The notes: a model not told the origin generated them from the sequence alone. Counted from the first letter of the stretch, positions 53,787-63,724 are shown. The stretch: 64,000 bases of DNA from Oscillospiraceae bacterium (GCA_015067825.1 SVLQ01000011.1:32721-96720); one strand, 5' to 3'. Made by a program: numbers and translations.

Positions 53787-53815
53787 ATGATATCACAAAG
53801 GAGAGGAGATGTCAA
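53787..53815 (-). promoter_or_regulatory. Sigma-A type promoter of the SPFH-RHH pair
   Basis: On the minus strand: TTGACA (53815-53810), a 17-nt spacer, then TATCAT (53792-53787). Two TGATATC repeats overlap the -10. Confidence 0.55.
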
Positions 53816-53905
53816 GTCTCTCTGCGAAAAAAACGTGGCATTGCGCTTTTGCCGCGTTTGTGGTATCATATTGTCAATACTTCGTTTGCTGCCAAGGAGC
53901 CGCCT

Positions 53906-54733
53906 ATGCCGAATATCATCCCGATCACCGATTTTGCCGATCCCGCGCTCGACGTCTATGCCCGAACGTCCGAGGTTCAGCTCTTAAACCGCTTTGACCC
54001 GGCCAACGCGATGTTCATCGCCGAAAGCCCGAAGGTCATCGAACGCGCCCTGAATGCGGGTTACGAGCCGGTTTCGTTTTTGACGGAGGCGCGCCACGTC
54101 GAGACGCAAGCGCGCGATCTGATCGCCCGCTGCGGCGAGATCCCGGTTTATGCGGCGGAACTTGCGGTCTTGACCGAGCTGACGGGCTTCCAACTCACGC
54201 GCGGTATGCTGTGCGCGATGCGCCGCAAGCCGCTAAAGAGCGTGGCGGAGGTCTGCGCGGGGGCGAGAAGGGTGGCCGTGCTGGAAAATATCATGAACCC
54301 CACCAATATCGGCGCGATCGTCCGCAGCGCCGCCGCTCTCGGTATCGACGCGCTGCTTTTAACGCCGGCGTGCAGCGATCCGCTCTACCGCCGCGCGATC
54401 CGTGTGAGCATGGGCACGGTGTTTCAGATCCCGTGGACCTTCCTTCCGGGCGATACCGATTCCCACGCCGGCGCCGAACTTGCGCCGCTCAAAACGCTTG
54501 GCTTCCAAACTGCGGCGATGGCACTCTGCGACGATTCCGTCTCCATCGATGATCCGGCACTCAACGCCGCCGAAAAACTTGCGATCGTGCTTGGCACCGA
54601 AGGCGATGGCCTTGCGGCCAAAACGATCGCCGATTGCGATTATACCGTGCGCATTCCCATGTCCCACGGTGTCGACTCCCTGAACGTCGCCGCCGCCAGT
54701 GCAGTGGCGTTTTGGCAGTTGGGGCGACGATAG
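53906..54733 (+). CDS. TrmH/SpoU family RNA 2'-O-methyltransferase
   Basis: 'NPTNIGAIVRSAAALGIDALLL', 'LGTEGDGL' and 'IPMSHGVDSLNVAAASAVAFW'. ATG 53906 follows 'AAGGAG'. Confidence 0.85.
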   Translation: MPNIIPITDFADPALDVYARTSEVQLLNRFDPANAMFIAESPKVIERALNAGYEPVSFLTEARHVETQARDLIARCGEIPVYAAELAVLTELTGFQLTRGMLCAMRRKPLKSVAEVCAGARRVAVLENIMNPTNIGAIVRSAAALGIDALLLTPACSDPLYRRAIRVSMGTVFQIPWTFLPGDTDSHAGAELAPLKTLGFQTAAMALCDDSVSIDDPALNAAEKLAIVLGTEGDGLAAKTIADCDYTVRIPMSHGVDSLNVAAASAVAFWQLGRR

Positions 54734-54779
54734 AATCACAGAAAAAAGAAACAAACTCGTTGTTGTTTTGAAGGTCGAA

Positions 54780-54826
54780 AAATCCCCTGCCGGATATCGA
54801 TATGTTGGATATCCGGCAGGGGATTT
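54780..54826. terminator. Bidirectional 19-bp hairpin
   Basis: Arms AAATCCCCTGCCGGATATC / GATATCCGGCAGGGGATTT with a 9-nt loop. Confidence 0.75.
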
Positions 54827-54830
54827 GGTA

Positions 54831-56051
54831 TCAGAGTATTTGGTAGGAGCAGTCGACAACGCGATATCCGAACTCTTGCGAGCAAAATGTCCCACACCGA
54901 TTTTGAGGAGGAGTTTGTGGCGTTTGAAGGTCATCAATCGGCAGTACTCCCTGTGCAAGAGCTTCATTGGTAACGAATGCAAATGCATAACGGTAGAGTT
55001 CTTCGGTCTGAAAGGATGGAAGCAAAACCGTAGATACACAATTATTCACGGCAAAGCTGTGGACACGCTGAATGGCACCGTCGCTGACGCCGATGATACG
55101 GCCTTGATAAAAAATACCAAACGAAAAAACCGAGTGTTCGTTGTTGCCGAGGATATCTCGTTGGTATAGACCGCGTCTCAGATAATTTTGCCGTGAAACG
55201 TTCATGCCGCTTTGCTGAAAAAAGCTTTCCAGTTGATGCAAATCTTCGTATAATAGTGCGCGCATTGTTATACCTTCCGGCGGGGTCGGTAGCCCCGTAA
55301 ACTCCGTACAGACATAAGTCGATTCGACGACGATATCGCGTGGTGAAATCCCCGCAGCTTGCAAGTGTTGGTGAACAGTGTCGGGCTGGTCGGTTGAATG
55401 GATTACCGGGATAAATGGGTCACGATCCAGTAACTTAAGGTATTCTATGGTCTTTTCCCATTCGCTGCAGATAATTTGCCCCTCGATTTTGCCATCCCAT
55501 TCGGAAAACCAAACGAATCCTTGGTGAGTGTCTGCGCCTCGATACAAAGCTACTCCGCCGTTTATGTGAAAACACGCCGCAGTATATCCGTATCGTACGG
55601 CGTTTTGGCTCAACAAGTCGTCAATGACGGCATCCGTGTCGGCAATTTTCCAATCCGGGAAGATTTGAAGCAAGCGTGCGGTAAGTGTTTCGTGCTGGAG
55701 TTCTCCGTAGCACGTTTCTTTGGCTTCGTTGGCTTTGCGGTATTCGCTTGGTGAAACGCCGTACTGTTTCTTGAATGCGCGCGAAAAACTTTCGTGCGTT
55801 TCGTATCCGCAGTCAAAAGCAATCGTCAAGATGTCTTTTTGGCTGACTCTGAGCAGACGGGCCGCATTTTTTAACCGACAGAACCGTACGTATTCCATTG
55901 TGTGAAACCCGGTGTGAGCAAAGAACAGACGGTTGAAGTAGTCGATAGAAAAACCGGCATTTGCGGCAATCGTTTCTGTTGTTAGGTTGCTTTGCGTACA
56001 GCTGGTTTGGATATAGGCAACTGCGTTCGTAATCAGTTCAAAATTGTCCAT
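54831..56051 (-). CDS. AraC family regulator with N-terminal HTH and a ~290-aa C-terminal effector region
   Basis: 'TIAANAGFSIDYFNRLFFAHTGFHTMEYV...ILTIAFDCGYETHESFSRAFKKQYGVSPSEYR' lies at the N-terminus (Rob-like layout). Low GC. Confidence 0.8.
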   Translation of the reverse strand: MDNFELITNAVAYIQTSCTQSNLTTETIAANAGFSIDYFNRLFFAHTGFHTMEYVRFCRLKNAARLLRVSQKDILTIAFDCGYETHESFSRAFKKQYGVSPSEYRKANEAKETCYGELQHETLTARLLQIFPDWKIADTDAVIDDLLSQNAVRYGYTAACFHINGGVALYRGADTHQGFVWFSEWDGKIEGQIICSEWEKTIEYLKLLDRDPFIPVIHSTDQPDTVHQHLQAAGISPRDIVVESTYVCTEFTGLPTPPEGITMRALLYEDLHQLESFFQQSGMNVSRQNYLRRGLYQRDILGNNEHSVFSFGIFYQGRIIGVSDGAIQRVHSFAVNNCVSTVLLPSFQTEELYRYAFAFVTNEALAQGVLPIDDLQTPQTPPQNRCGTFCSQEFGYRVVDCSYQIL

Positions 56052-56183
56052 AGGTTCACCTTTTCTAATTCCTGCTTTTGTTGTCGCACAAACAGTATAC
56101 CATAAAAATCAGGGTATGTCTTGACTGAAAACGACTCTCTTTCAGCGAGAATGGGCCAAATTTGTTTCATAACGGAGAATGAT

Positions 56184-56232
56184 AAAACCGCGGAGCCGGT
56201 CTTTGGCCAAAGACCGGCTCCGCAGTTTTTTT
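56184..56232. terminator. Bidirectional terminator (perfect 34-nt palindrome)
   Basis: Arms GCGGAGCCGGTCTTTGG / CCAAAGACCGGCTCCGC with an A-run before and a T-run after. Confidence 0.85.
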
Positions 56233-59173
56233 AGGGGATGATCCGAATCTCAATCTGTTCGGGTCTGCAGTTTAGTTCGACTGTTTGGGTGGCTTCGGGG
56301 TTGTTGGGGAGTTCGGCGAGAACCTGACCGTCGCCGAGAATCGAAAAACCGGCAGCTTTTAGGTCTTTGGTCTTTGTGAAACAGACAATACTCCGGCTGT
56401 TTTCGACGGGAACCTGGAAAACGTCGCAGATCGGCTCCTCGCTTACCGTTGCCGGAACGACCGTAAAGTCGCCGTATACCCGGAGCGTACAATATTCTCC
56501 GCCCAAAACAGAGAAGAATACGTCAGAACCTTCCACGCGCAGAGATTCCCGTTCCTTGCCGTGGAGCGTGGTCAGCACCGCGCGGGTCGGCGCAAACGGC
56601 AGCGTCAGCTTAACGTTTTCCTGCGGCTTTCCCGATTCTTCCGCAAATCGCAGCAGCAGAGAATGCGCTCCGTCGATCCGGCAGCTCATCAACCGTAGTT
56701 CTTTATCCAAAGTCAGCCGCGGGATTTCGCGGAGATCTCCGCAGAGCACGGGCTGCGCGAGCGCACGGCTCCATTGCGGCAGCGTGTCTTCGCAGTGTCC
56801 GGCATACGGCAGGAGCGTCAGACGGTAGGTGCCGGCGCAATCTTCCGGTGCGCAGAAATTCAGGTTGTTGGTGCGGTTGGATGCGGCGTACAGGTAGAGG
56901 TGGGACTTCGGATATTCCGGCCTGCTGAGGAATTGATTGTAGTTGATTTGTGAAAAATGGAATACCGGCATATCTTCCGAACGAACGCCGATGCCCCCGG
57001 TTTCGCCTTCAACGGCCACCCATTCTTCCGCAATCGAGAAATCCAGCGGGCACACATTCATTTTTTCGTTGGCGCTGTGCGCCCGACCGCCTGCCAGTTG
57101 GGTGTAGAATTGGTGGTTTTTGACGGCAAAGGGAAAGGCGAAGAAAATGTTTTTCTTGTACCGGTCGTAGTAATCGCCCATCAACCCGGTCGCATCGGAG
57201 AACTGCAAAAGGATGTCGATATCCGGGGCGTGTTTGTAGAAAACAAACCGGGCGGATACGTCGGCACCGCTCTGCTCTTCGTAAGCCTTGCGGGTGATAA
57301 CAAACGCCACTTCGCCTTCTTCCACGGCGAACTCCCGGCATTTAGCGACTTCGTAAGAGAGGTCGCGGCCGGTTTTCGCTTCCGTTACGACGTAAACGTA
57401 ATCACCGATCCCATAAGGTGCAGCCGGATCGATCAGCTCTTTCCCGTTGGTTTTGTCAAAAATACTGCAGATCTTCTTGCTGACCTTGTCGATAGAAACG
57501 CGGTAGTAATCTGTTTCAAATGAGCCGCTTATCGGACTGGCGGGGATGAGCGGCGTTTGGCGAATACCGAATTGTTTTAATTCCATGGGAGCGAAGGAAA
57601 CGGGCTCGGTGAGAAGCTCGTTGCCCACTTGCTGCACGGCAAGCCCGTCCGGGATAAGAGCGGCATCCAATCGCAGAGGCGTTCTGCGGGATGTGGGAAG
57701 GGGATTGCGGAGACCGAGCATCTCACCGGGAGTGCCCAAAACCTCGGCCAGCTTTTCGTCGGCGATCGCAAGTGCCCGTTCGGCAGAGTGCTTTTTTACG
57801 TAAGCCAGATTAAACCGATGCATTTTCTGCGGGTGTTTGGAAGAAGTCGCCCAGCAATGCTCGTCGAACAGACAACCGTACCGCGTGATTTTTCGGAAGG
57901 CTTCCGCGTCGTAGGGCTTTCCCTGTACGGCCGACAGCGCGGAAAGTGTTTCCGCCGTGATCATTTTTCGCATCGCCCGGCGTTTTTGAGACATCCACAA
58001 CGGCGCGATGGTGGCAAAATCGCCCCACTGATCGGTGAGATCTCCGGAAAATGACGGCAGCCGATCTCCGCTCTGCTTCTCGATTTCCGCAAACATGACC
58101 GAAGGCAGCTCCATGGAGAAATGGGGGTACTTCCACTTTTTGTTCATGTAGTCGCAAACCGTCAGCAGCATGGTCGTGGGTTTTTCGCGGTCGTCGTAGA
58201 AGCTGTAAGGCAAAATGTCGTAGGGGGCGTTTCTGAGCGGCGTCAGAATGTCGGTGATCGCGGCTTCGGTTTTCAGGGCCTTGGATTCGTCGAAGAAGAA
58301 GGTACCCTCGGGATACTGGCGGTTGGTATCGCACCAGATCCCGCCCAAACGGCCGCGATACCCGACCTGATACCATCCGAGCAGGCTGTCTTTGCCGTTT
58401 TGAGCCGACCAGCGAAACACCGGCGGAGGATTTCCCTTGAGATCCGGCTTTCGGAATCCTCCGTTTTCCAAAACGCCTACGTAGCGGATGCCTTGGCCGG
58501 CGTAAGCGGGAATCGTTTGCCACGAGGCACCGGAAAGATCTGTGAAGACGGCAGCGGTCGGGGTAATTCCCCAAGTTTCAGCGGCATGGACCGTGGCAAA
58601 GCTCACACCGCGAATCAGCTGCTCGCCTTCGGCCCAGTGCGTGTGGTACCCGCAATGGATGGCGTTCAGCTCGATTTTTTTCTCCGCAAACAGGCGGCGC
58701 AGGCGCTCGCATTCTTCTGCCGTGGCATAGCGTTGGAATGCCTCCAGCCACCAAACGTGCTCGATCATGTAGCGGAAGCCTTCGTGCTGCTCGCACAGCT
58801 GAATAGCCTCCATCAAAAACTGATAGGATTCGTATTCCAGCTTGTTGACCCATGCGCAATAACCAATGTCTTCGTGCGAGGAATAAACGAGCCCGATGCG
58901 CCATCTTTTCGGGGGATGCAGAGAAAACGCGGATGTCACGGGAGTATCTTCAAACGGCGTGACCGTGACCGTACACTCACATGATTCCGTCGGTACGGGA
59001 ATCAGCACGGAAAAGAAGACCTGAAACATCGGCCCGTCGTACAAAATCGTGTCGCCGACGGCGATCGTGACCCGGAACGGATTGCAGAAATCCCAGTCGG
59101 TGACCAAAATCTGCACCTGGTTTTGCTCGTCGTGGGTAATAAAGGGCGTTTGTCGAAATGCAGCGATTTTCAA
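56231..59173 (-). CDS. Glycoside hydrolase family 38-like protein (alpha-mannosidase-like)
   Basis: 'IGLVYSSHEDIGYCAW', 'FRYMIEHVWWLEAF' and the overall ~980-aa length fit GH38-type enzymes. The start is uncertain: TTG 59173 has 'AGGAAG' 10 nt upstream, and the ORF track starts at TTG 59221, inside a hairpin. Confidence 0.65.
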   Translation of the reverse strand: MKIAAFRQTPFITHDEQNQVQILVTDWDFCNPFRVTIAVGDTILYDGPMFQVFFSVLIPVPTESCECTVTVTPFEDTPVTSAFSLHPPKRWRIGLVYSSHEDIGYCAWVNKLEYESYQFLMEAIQLCEQHEGFRYMIEHVWWLEAFQRYATAEECERLRRLFAEKKIELNAIHCGYHTHWAEGEQLIRGVSFATVHAAETWGITPTAAVFTDLSGASWQTIPAYAGQGIRYVGVLENGGFRKPDLKGNPPPVFRWSAQNGKDSLLGWYQVGYRGRLGGIWCDTNRQYPEGTFFFDESKALKTEAAITDILTPLRNAPYDILPYSFYDDREKPTTMLLTVCDYMNKKWKYPHFSMELPSVMFAEIEKQSGDRLPSFSGDLTDQWGDFATIAPLWMSQKRRAMRKMITAETLSALSAVQGKPYDAEAFRKITRYGCLFDEHCWATSSKHPQKMHRFNLAYVKKHSAERALAIADEKLAEVLGTPGEMLGLRNPLPTSRRTPLRLDAALIPDGLAVQQVGNELLTEPVSFAPMELKQFGIRQTPLIPASPISGSFETDYYRVSIDKVSKKICSIFDKTNGKELIDPAAPYGIGDYVYVVTEAKTGRDLSYEVAKCREFAVEEGEVAFVITRKAYEEQSGADVSARFVFYKHAPDIDILLQFSDATGLMGDYYDRYKKNIFFAFPFAVKNHQFYTQLAGGRAHSANEKMNVCPLDFSIAEEWVAVEGETGGIGVRSEDMPVFHFSQINYNQFLSRPEYPKSHLYLYAASNRTNNLNFCAPEDCAGTYRLTLLPYAGHCEDTLPQWSRALAQPVLCGDLREIPRLTLDKELRLMSCRIDGAHSLLLRFAEESGKPQENVKLTLPFAPTRAVLTTLHGKERESLRVEGSDVFFSVLGGEYCTLRVYGDFTVVPATVSEEPICDVFQVPVENSRSIVCFTKTKDLKAAGFSILGDGQVLAELPNNPEATQTVELNCRPEQIEIRIIP

Positions 59174-59196
59174 AAATATCACGCTTCCTTTCTGAA

Positions 59197-59250
59197 ACCT
59201 TGCACCGTACCTTTGAAACAACGATTTGCGTCAAAAGTACGGTGCAGGGT
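59197..59250 (-). terminator. Long hairpin between pepF and the GH38-like gene
   Basis: 20-position stem (18 Watson-Crick pairs, one G-U wobble, one mismatch) with a 14-nt loop. Only a short U-tract follows on the minus strand. Confidence 0.5.
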
Positions 59251-59269
59251 TTTGGCAGTTTGAGCAGAG

Positions 59270-61030
59270 CTACTTGCTGGTTTCGGCGATGAAGAGGTCG
59301 ATCTGATCGGTGATCATTTTCAGGCTCGTGCGCCAGAAATCGGGCTTTGTGAGGTCGATGTCGGCGATGGCCGCGACGTCCTCGACGGTGTTGACCGTGG
59401 TCGCCTTCAAAAGGGCACGGTACTTCGGGAGGAAGGTATTGCCTTCTTCGAGGTATTTCGCGTAGAGGCCGCGCGAGAAGAGGCCGCCGAAGGCGTAGGG
59501 GAAGTTATAGTAGCTCAGGCCGGCGCTGTAATAGTGGCTCTTGCAGCACCACATGTACGGGTGCAGGTATTCGGGATCGAGACCGTCGCCGTAGGCTTCT
59601 TTCTGCGCCCAAAGCATGATTTCTTCCAGATCCTTGGCAAAGAGGAAGGTGTTTTTGCGGCGGCGTATCACTTCGTCCTCAAAGAGGAAGCGCGAGTAGA
59701 TGTCGACGATGATCTGCGTGCAGTCGGAGATCTGGCTTTCGATGAGCTGGATCTTTTCTTCGCCTTCGGTCTTTTCGATGGCATCGTTGACGATGATCAA
59801 TTCGTTGAAGTTGGAAGCCGTTTCGGCCACGGGCATCGTGTAGCCGGTATTGAGCGGGCGGTGATCCTGGATCTGCTGACCGTGGTAGGCGTGACCGAGT
59901 TCGTGCGCCAACGTGACGACCGAGCCGAAGCTGCCGGAGAAGTTGGTTAAAATGCGGCTCTGGCCGATGAACGGCAGATTCGAGCAGAACGCACCGCCGA
60001 CCTTGCCCGCACGCGGGAAAAAGTCGATCCACTCTTCGCGGAAGGCTGTGTCGACCATTTCGGCGAGGTCGGGCGCGAACGCCGCAAAGTGCTCAACGAG
60101 GTATTTGTGGGCTTCCTCGGCGGTAAAGCTCGTGCCGCCGGCCTTGCCCATCGGTGCCAAAACGTCGTACCACGGAAGGCCGTTTTCGTGGCCGAGGAGC
60201 TTTGCCTTGTGCTTCAGGTAGGCGCGGAATTTCGGCATGGCTTCGCGCATCGCATCCAGCATTGCATCCAGCGTGGCTTTTTGCATCCGCGACTGCTCCA
60301 GCGTCATTGCCAGCGGGTTTTCGTAGCCGCGCAGCTCTGCTTCGGTGTTGACCTGCGCTTTGATGCTGTTTAAGGCAAACGAAATCGCATCGCGGATCTT
60401 TGCGTAAGCGGCGAGCTCAGCTTCGTAGGCTTCTTTGCGCTCTTGGGCGTCGTCGCTGTCGGCAAGACCGCGGATCGCGGAGAGTGTCGTTTTGCCGCCT
60501 TTGTAGTCGACCTCAACGGTGGCGGTCAGATAGGAGAACAGATCGCCCCATGCGCGGCCGCCGGAAATATTCATCCGCGCCATCACGGCTTCGGCCTCGT
60601 CGCCGAGCTTGTGGGCGGCAGCAGAACGCATCCGTTCAAAATAGAACGTATACTGCGCCAAAAGTTCGTCGCCGGCCACGATTTCATCGAGGTTTTCGAT
60701 CGAACCGACGTACTTCTGGAACATCGACGATTCCTTCGCCGTGCTCGCCATCAACGTCTGGATCTTCGTCATATAGCGCGAGACCTCGGTGTCGTTGCTG
60801 TTGGCCGAACGGCGCAGGCTGAAGTAACCGCTCACGCGGCGCACCAAAACCGTCAGTTCTTCGTTCAACGCGACGACCGCCTTGAGCTGGCTGCACGGAT
60901 CTTTTGCCGAGAGCGAACCGATCGTCTGCTTGTAGGCGGCGACCAACTCTTCCAAACGCTGCATATCGGTTGCCAGCGCGGGATCGTCCGTCCCTTTATA
61001 AAGCACGTCCAAAGACCATTCCTGATACAT
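59270..61030 (-). CDS. pepF: M3B family oligoendopeptidase F
   Basis: Zinc motif 'HELGHAYH'. 586 aa. RBS 'AGGAAGG'. Confidence 0.85.
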   Translation of the reverse strand: MYQEWSLDVLYKGTDDPALATDMQRLEELVAAYKQTIGSLSAKDPCSQLKAVVALNEELTVLVRRVSGYFSLRRSANSNDTEVSRYMTKIQTLMASTAKESSMFQKYVGSIENLDEIVAGDELLAQYTFYFERMRSAAAHKLGDEAEAVMARMNISGGRAWGDLFSYLTATVEVDYKGGKTTLSAIRGLADSDDAQERKEAYEAELAAYAKIRDAISFALNSIKAQVNTEAELRGYENPLAMTLEQSRMQKATLDAMLDAMREAMPKFRAYLKHKAKLLGHENGLPWYDVLAPMGKAGGTSFTAEEAHKYLVEHFAAFAPDLAEMVDTAFREEWIDFFPRAGKVGGAFCSNLPFIGQSRILTNFSGSFGSVVTLAHELGHAYHGQQIQDHRPLNTGYTMPVAETASNFNELIIVNDAIEKTEGEEKIQLIESQISDCTQIIVDIYSRFLFEDEVIRRRKNTFLFAKDLEEIMLWAQKEAYGDGLDPEYLHPYMWCCKSHYYSAGLSYYNFPYAFGGLFSRGLYAKYLEEGNTFLPKYRALLKATTVNTVEDVAAIADIDLTKPDFWRTSLKMITDQIDLFIAETSK

Positions 61031-61181
61031 TTTGTCACCAATCCTTCCTAGTATTTAAAATATTTTTAATTTTCGGGTGGTTTACAGTATTATACCATGT
61101 TTATGCGCCCAAAGCAATATTGACAAGCGGCAGAACAATGTGGTATCATAGCAAAAACGGGGATAATGGGAGGAATTCATT

Positions 61182-61910
61182 TTGGATACGATCAAACTGA
61201 ACGCAAAAGCGGTAAAAATGGTCGCGCACCGCGGCCTGAGCGGACTCGAACGCGAAAACACCTGCCCGGCGTTTGTCGCCGCCGCCAACCGCAGCTATTT
61301 CGGCATCGAAACCGACGTCCATAAAACTGCCGACGGAAAATTTGTCATCATCCACGACGAAACGACCGAACGCGTTTCTCTGGGGAAGGTGAACGTCAAC
61401 GTCGAGGAAGAACCGTATGCCGCTGTCGCCGATCTCGTGCTCCCGGATCTCGACGGCTCGACCCACCGGCAGGATATCCGCATTCCGCTACTTGCCGACT
61501 ACGTTGCGATCTGCAAAAAATACGAAAAGGTCTGCGTTTTAGAGCTGAAAAATGCCTTTCCCGAAGACGATATCGAAAAAATCATCGCCGAGATTGGTAG
61601 TCTCGGCTACCTCGACGGCGTGATTTTCATCTCGTTTGACTGGCAGAACTGTGTTACGCTGCGCAGGCTGCTGCCCGAAGCGAAGATCCAATGGCTGACT
61701 GCAAGCGACGTGACTGCCGAAACGATCGCTGCCCTCGTGGAAAACCGCCTCGACCTCGATATTCACTACAAGCGCCTGACCAAAGCGGTGGTCGAAGACC
61801 TGCACAAAGCGGGGATCGCAGTCAACTGCTGGACCTGCGATAAGCTCGAAGATGCCGAGGCGCTGGCGGCAATGGGTGTCGATTTTATCACTTCGAATAT
61901 TTTGGAATAA
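61182..61910 (+). CDS. Glycerophosphodiester phosphodiesterase
   Basis: 'VAHRGLSGLERENTCPAF', 'GIETDVHKTADGKFVIIHD' and 'ELK'. TTG start with 'GGGAGGA' 7 nt upstream. Confidence 0.8.
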   Translation: MDTIKLNAKAVKMVAHRGLSGLERENTCPAFVAAANRSYFGIETDVHKTADGKFVIIHDETTERVSLGKVNVNVEEEPYAAVADLVLPDLDGSTHRQDIRIPLLADYVAICKKYEKVCVLELKNAFPEDDIEKIIAEIGSLGYLDGVIFISFDWQNCVTLRRLLPEAKIQWLTASDVTAETIAALVENRLDLDIHYKRLTKAVVEDLHKAGIAVNCWTCDKLEDAEALAAMGVDFITSNILE

Positions 61911-61913
61911 CAA

Positions 61914-61949
61914 AGAAATGCCTTCTGTTCAAGGACAGAAGGCATTTTT
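61914..61949. terminator. Bidirectional terminator
   Basis: 13-bp arms AAATGCCTTCTGT / ACAGAAGGCATTT. Confidence 0.8.
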
Positions 61950-61965
61950 ACGTGTTCAAACAGGG

Positions 61966-63636
61966 TTAGCGGAAGGTACACGGATGGTGCGGAACATCGC
62001 GTTCGTGGATCACCGATTCGTAGAGCCGCCAGCCTCCGGCCAAGCTCGCGCTTTCCAATCCGGCACCGGCGAGGATGCGGTGGGCAAGGTAGCTGCGGAA
62101 CCCGCTGTGGCAGTGGACGAAGACCGGTTTATCCGCAGGGAGTTCGCCAAGGCGGGAACGAAGCTCGTCGAGCGGGATGTTGACGAATCCGTCAATGTGC
62201 CCGCCGGCAAACTCCGCCTCTGTGCGCGTATCGAGCAGGGTCACGCTGCCATCTCGCGGGAGCGCGGCTACGTCGTGCCAGAAAAACTGGCGGAGCGTGC
62301 CGTTTGCCACGTTTTCGGCGACGAACCCGACCATGTTGACCGGATCTTTGGCACTGCCGTAAGGCGGAGCGTAGCAGAGCTCCAGCTCGGCGAGGTCGGT
62401 GACCTTCGCGCCGAAACGGATCGCCGTGGCGATCACGTCCATCCGTTTGTCCACACCGTCAAATCCGACGATCTGTGCGCCGAGGAGGCGCATGGTACTC
62501 TTTTCCCACAACGCCTTGACCGACATCGGCCGTCCGCCGGGATAATAGGAGGCGTGGGAGGCGGAGTAGGTATAGGTTTTGTCGTAGTCGATCCCGGCCG
62601 ATTTGGCTGCAGCTTCGTTTAGCCCGGTCGTGGCGACGGTCATTTCAAACAGCTTGAGCACGGCCGAACCCTGCGTTCCTTCGTATTCGCTGGGGATTCC
62701 GGCGATATTGTCGGCGGCGATCCGGCCCTGCTTGTTGGCCGGGCCGGCCAACGGCAAAAACGCGGGCGCCTGCGTGAGGAAGTTGCGAACTTCAACGGCA
62801 TCGCCCACGGCGTAGATGTTTGGTGCGCTCGTGCGCATATGGCGGTCGACGAGGATGCTGCCGCGGTCGTTGACAGCAAGCCCGGCCTTTTGCGCAAGCG
62901 TGCTCTCCGGCCGTACACCGACGGCGAGTACGACCAGATCGGCCGCCAACGCACCGCCGTCATCCAGTAAAACGCGCCGCTCTTCGATCGCCGTTACGCT
63001 GCTTTGCAGATGGAGCCGGATGCCCTTGGTACGGAGGTACTGGTGTACGTCCGCGGCCATATCGAAATCGAGTGGAGCGATCAGATGGTCGCTGCGCTCT
63101 ACGATCGAAACGGTAAGCCCGGCGTGGTGCAAGTTTTCTGCCAACTCCGCACCGATATAACCGCCACCTACGATCACGGCGGAGCGGGGCTTGGCCGTTT
63201 CAACGTAGTGCTTGATGCGGTCGGTGTCGGGGATCGTGCGCAGGGTGAAAACGTGGGCGAGACCGGTTCCCGGAATCGGCGGTACGATTGGTGCCGCGCC
63301 GGGTGAGAGGATCAGATCGTCGTAGGCTTCTTCGTAGGATCTCCCCGTGCGCAGGTCGAGGACGGTAACGGTTTTACGCGCCGGATCGATCGCAGTCGCC
63401 TCGCTCAGGTTGCGCACGTCCACGCGATACCGCGTCGAAAAACTCTGCGGGGTCTGCAGCGTCAGCGCATCGCGCTCGGCAATGGCTCCGCCAATGTAGT
63501 AAGGCAGACCGCAGTTTGCAAACGAAATATATTCTCCGCGTTCCAAAAGGACGATCTCTGCCGATTCGTCCAGTCTGCGCAATCTCGCGGCCGCCGTTGC
63601 GCCGCCGGCCACTCCACCGATGATGATCGTTTTCAT
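61966..63636 (-). CDS. CoA-disulfide reductase / NADH oxidase family flavoprotein with a C-terminal rhodanese domain
   Basis: 'IIIGGVAGGATAAARL', redox Cys in 'SFANCGLPYY', and rhodanese loop 'VHCHSGFRS'. Start at ATG 63636 ('AGAGGTG' 6 nt upstream). Confidence 0.85.
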   Translation of the reverse strand: MKTIIIGGVAGGATAAARLRRLDESAEIVLLERGEYISFANCGLPYYIGGAIAERDALTLQTPQSFSTRYRVDVRNLSEATAIDPARKTVTVLDLRTGRSYEEAYDDLILSPGAAPIVPPIPGTGLAHVFTLRTIPDTDRIKHYVETAKPRSAVIVGGGYIGAELAENLHHAGLTVSIVERSDHLIAPLDFDMAADVHQYLRTKGIRLHLQSSVTAIEERRVLLDDGGALAADLVVLAVGVRPESTLAQKAGLAVNDRGSILVDRHMRTSAPNIYAVGDAVEVRNFLTQAPAFLPLAGPANKQGRIAADNIAGIPSEYEGTQGSAVLKLFEMTVATTGLNEAAAKSAGIDYDKTYTYSASHASYYPGGRPMSVKALWEKSTMRLLGAQIVGFDGVDKRMDVIATAIRFGAKVTDLAELELCYAPPYGSAKDPVNMVGFVAENVANGTLRQFFWHDVAALPRDGSVTLLDTRTEAEFAGGHIDGFVNIPLDELRSRLGELPADKPVFVHCHSGFRSYLAHRILAGAGLESASLAGGWRLYESVIHERDVPHHPCTFR

Positions 63637-63724
63637 ACCATGCACCTCTCTTCGATTGATGTGTTTAGTATATACCTTTTTACCGCATTTTTCCGTGATG
63701 CAGTCACATTGTCAGGCATTTTTG

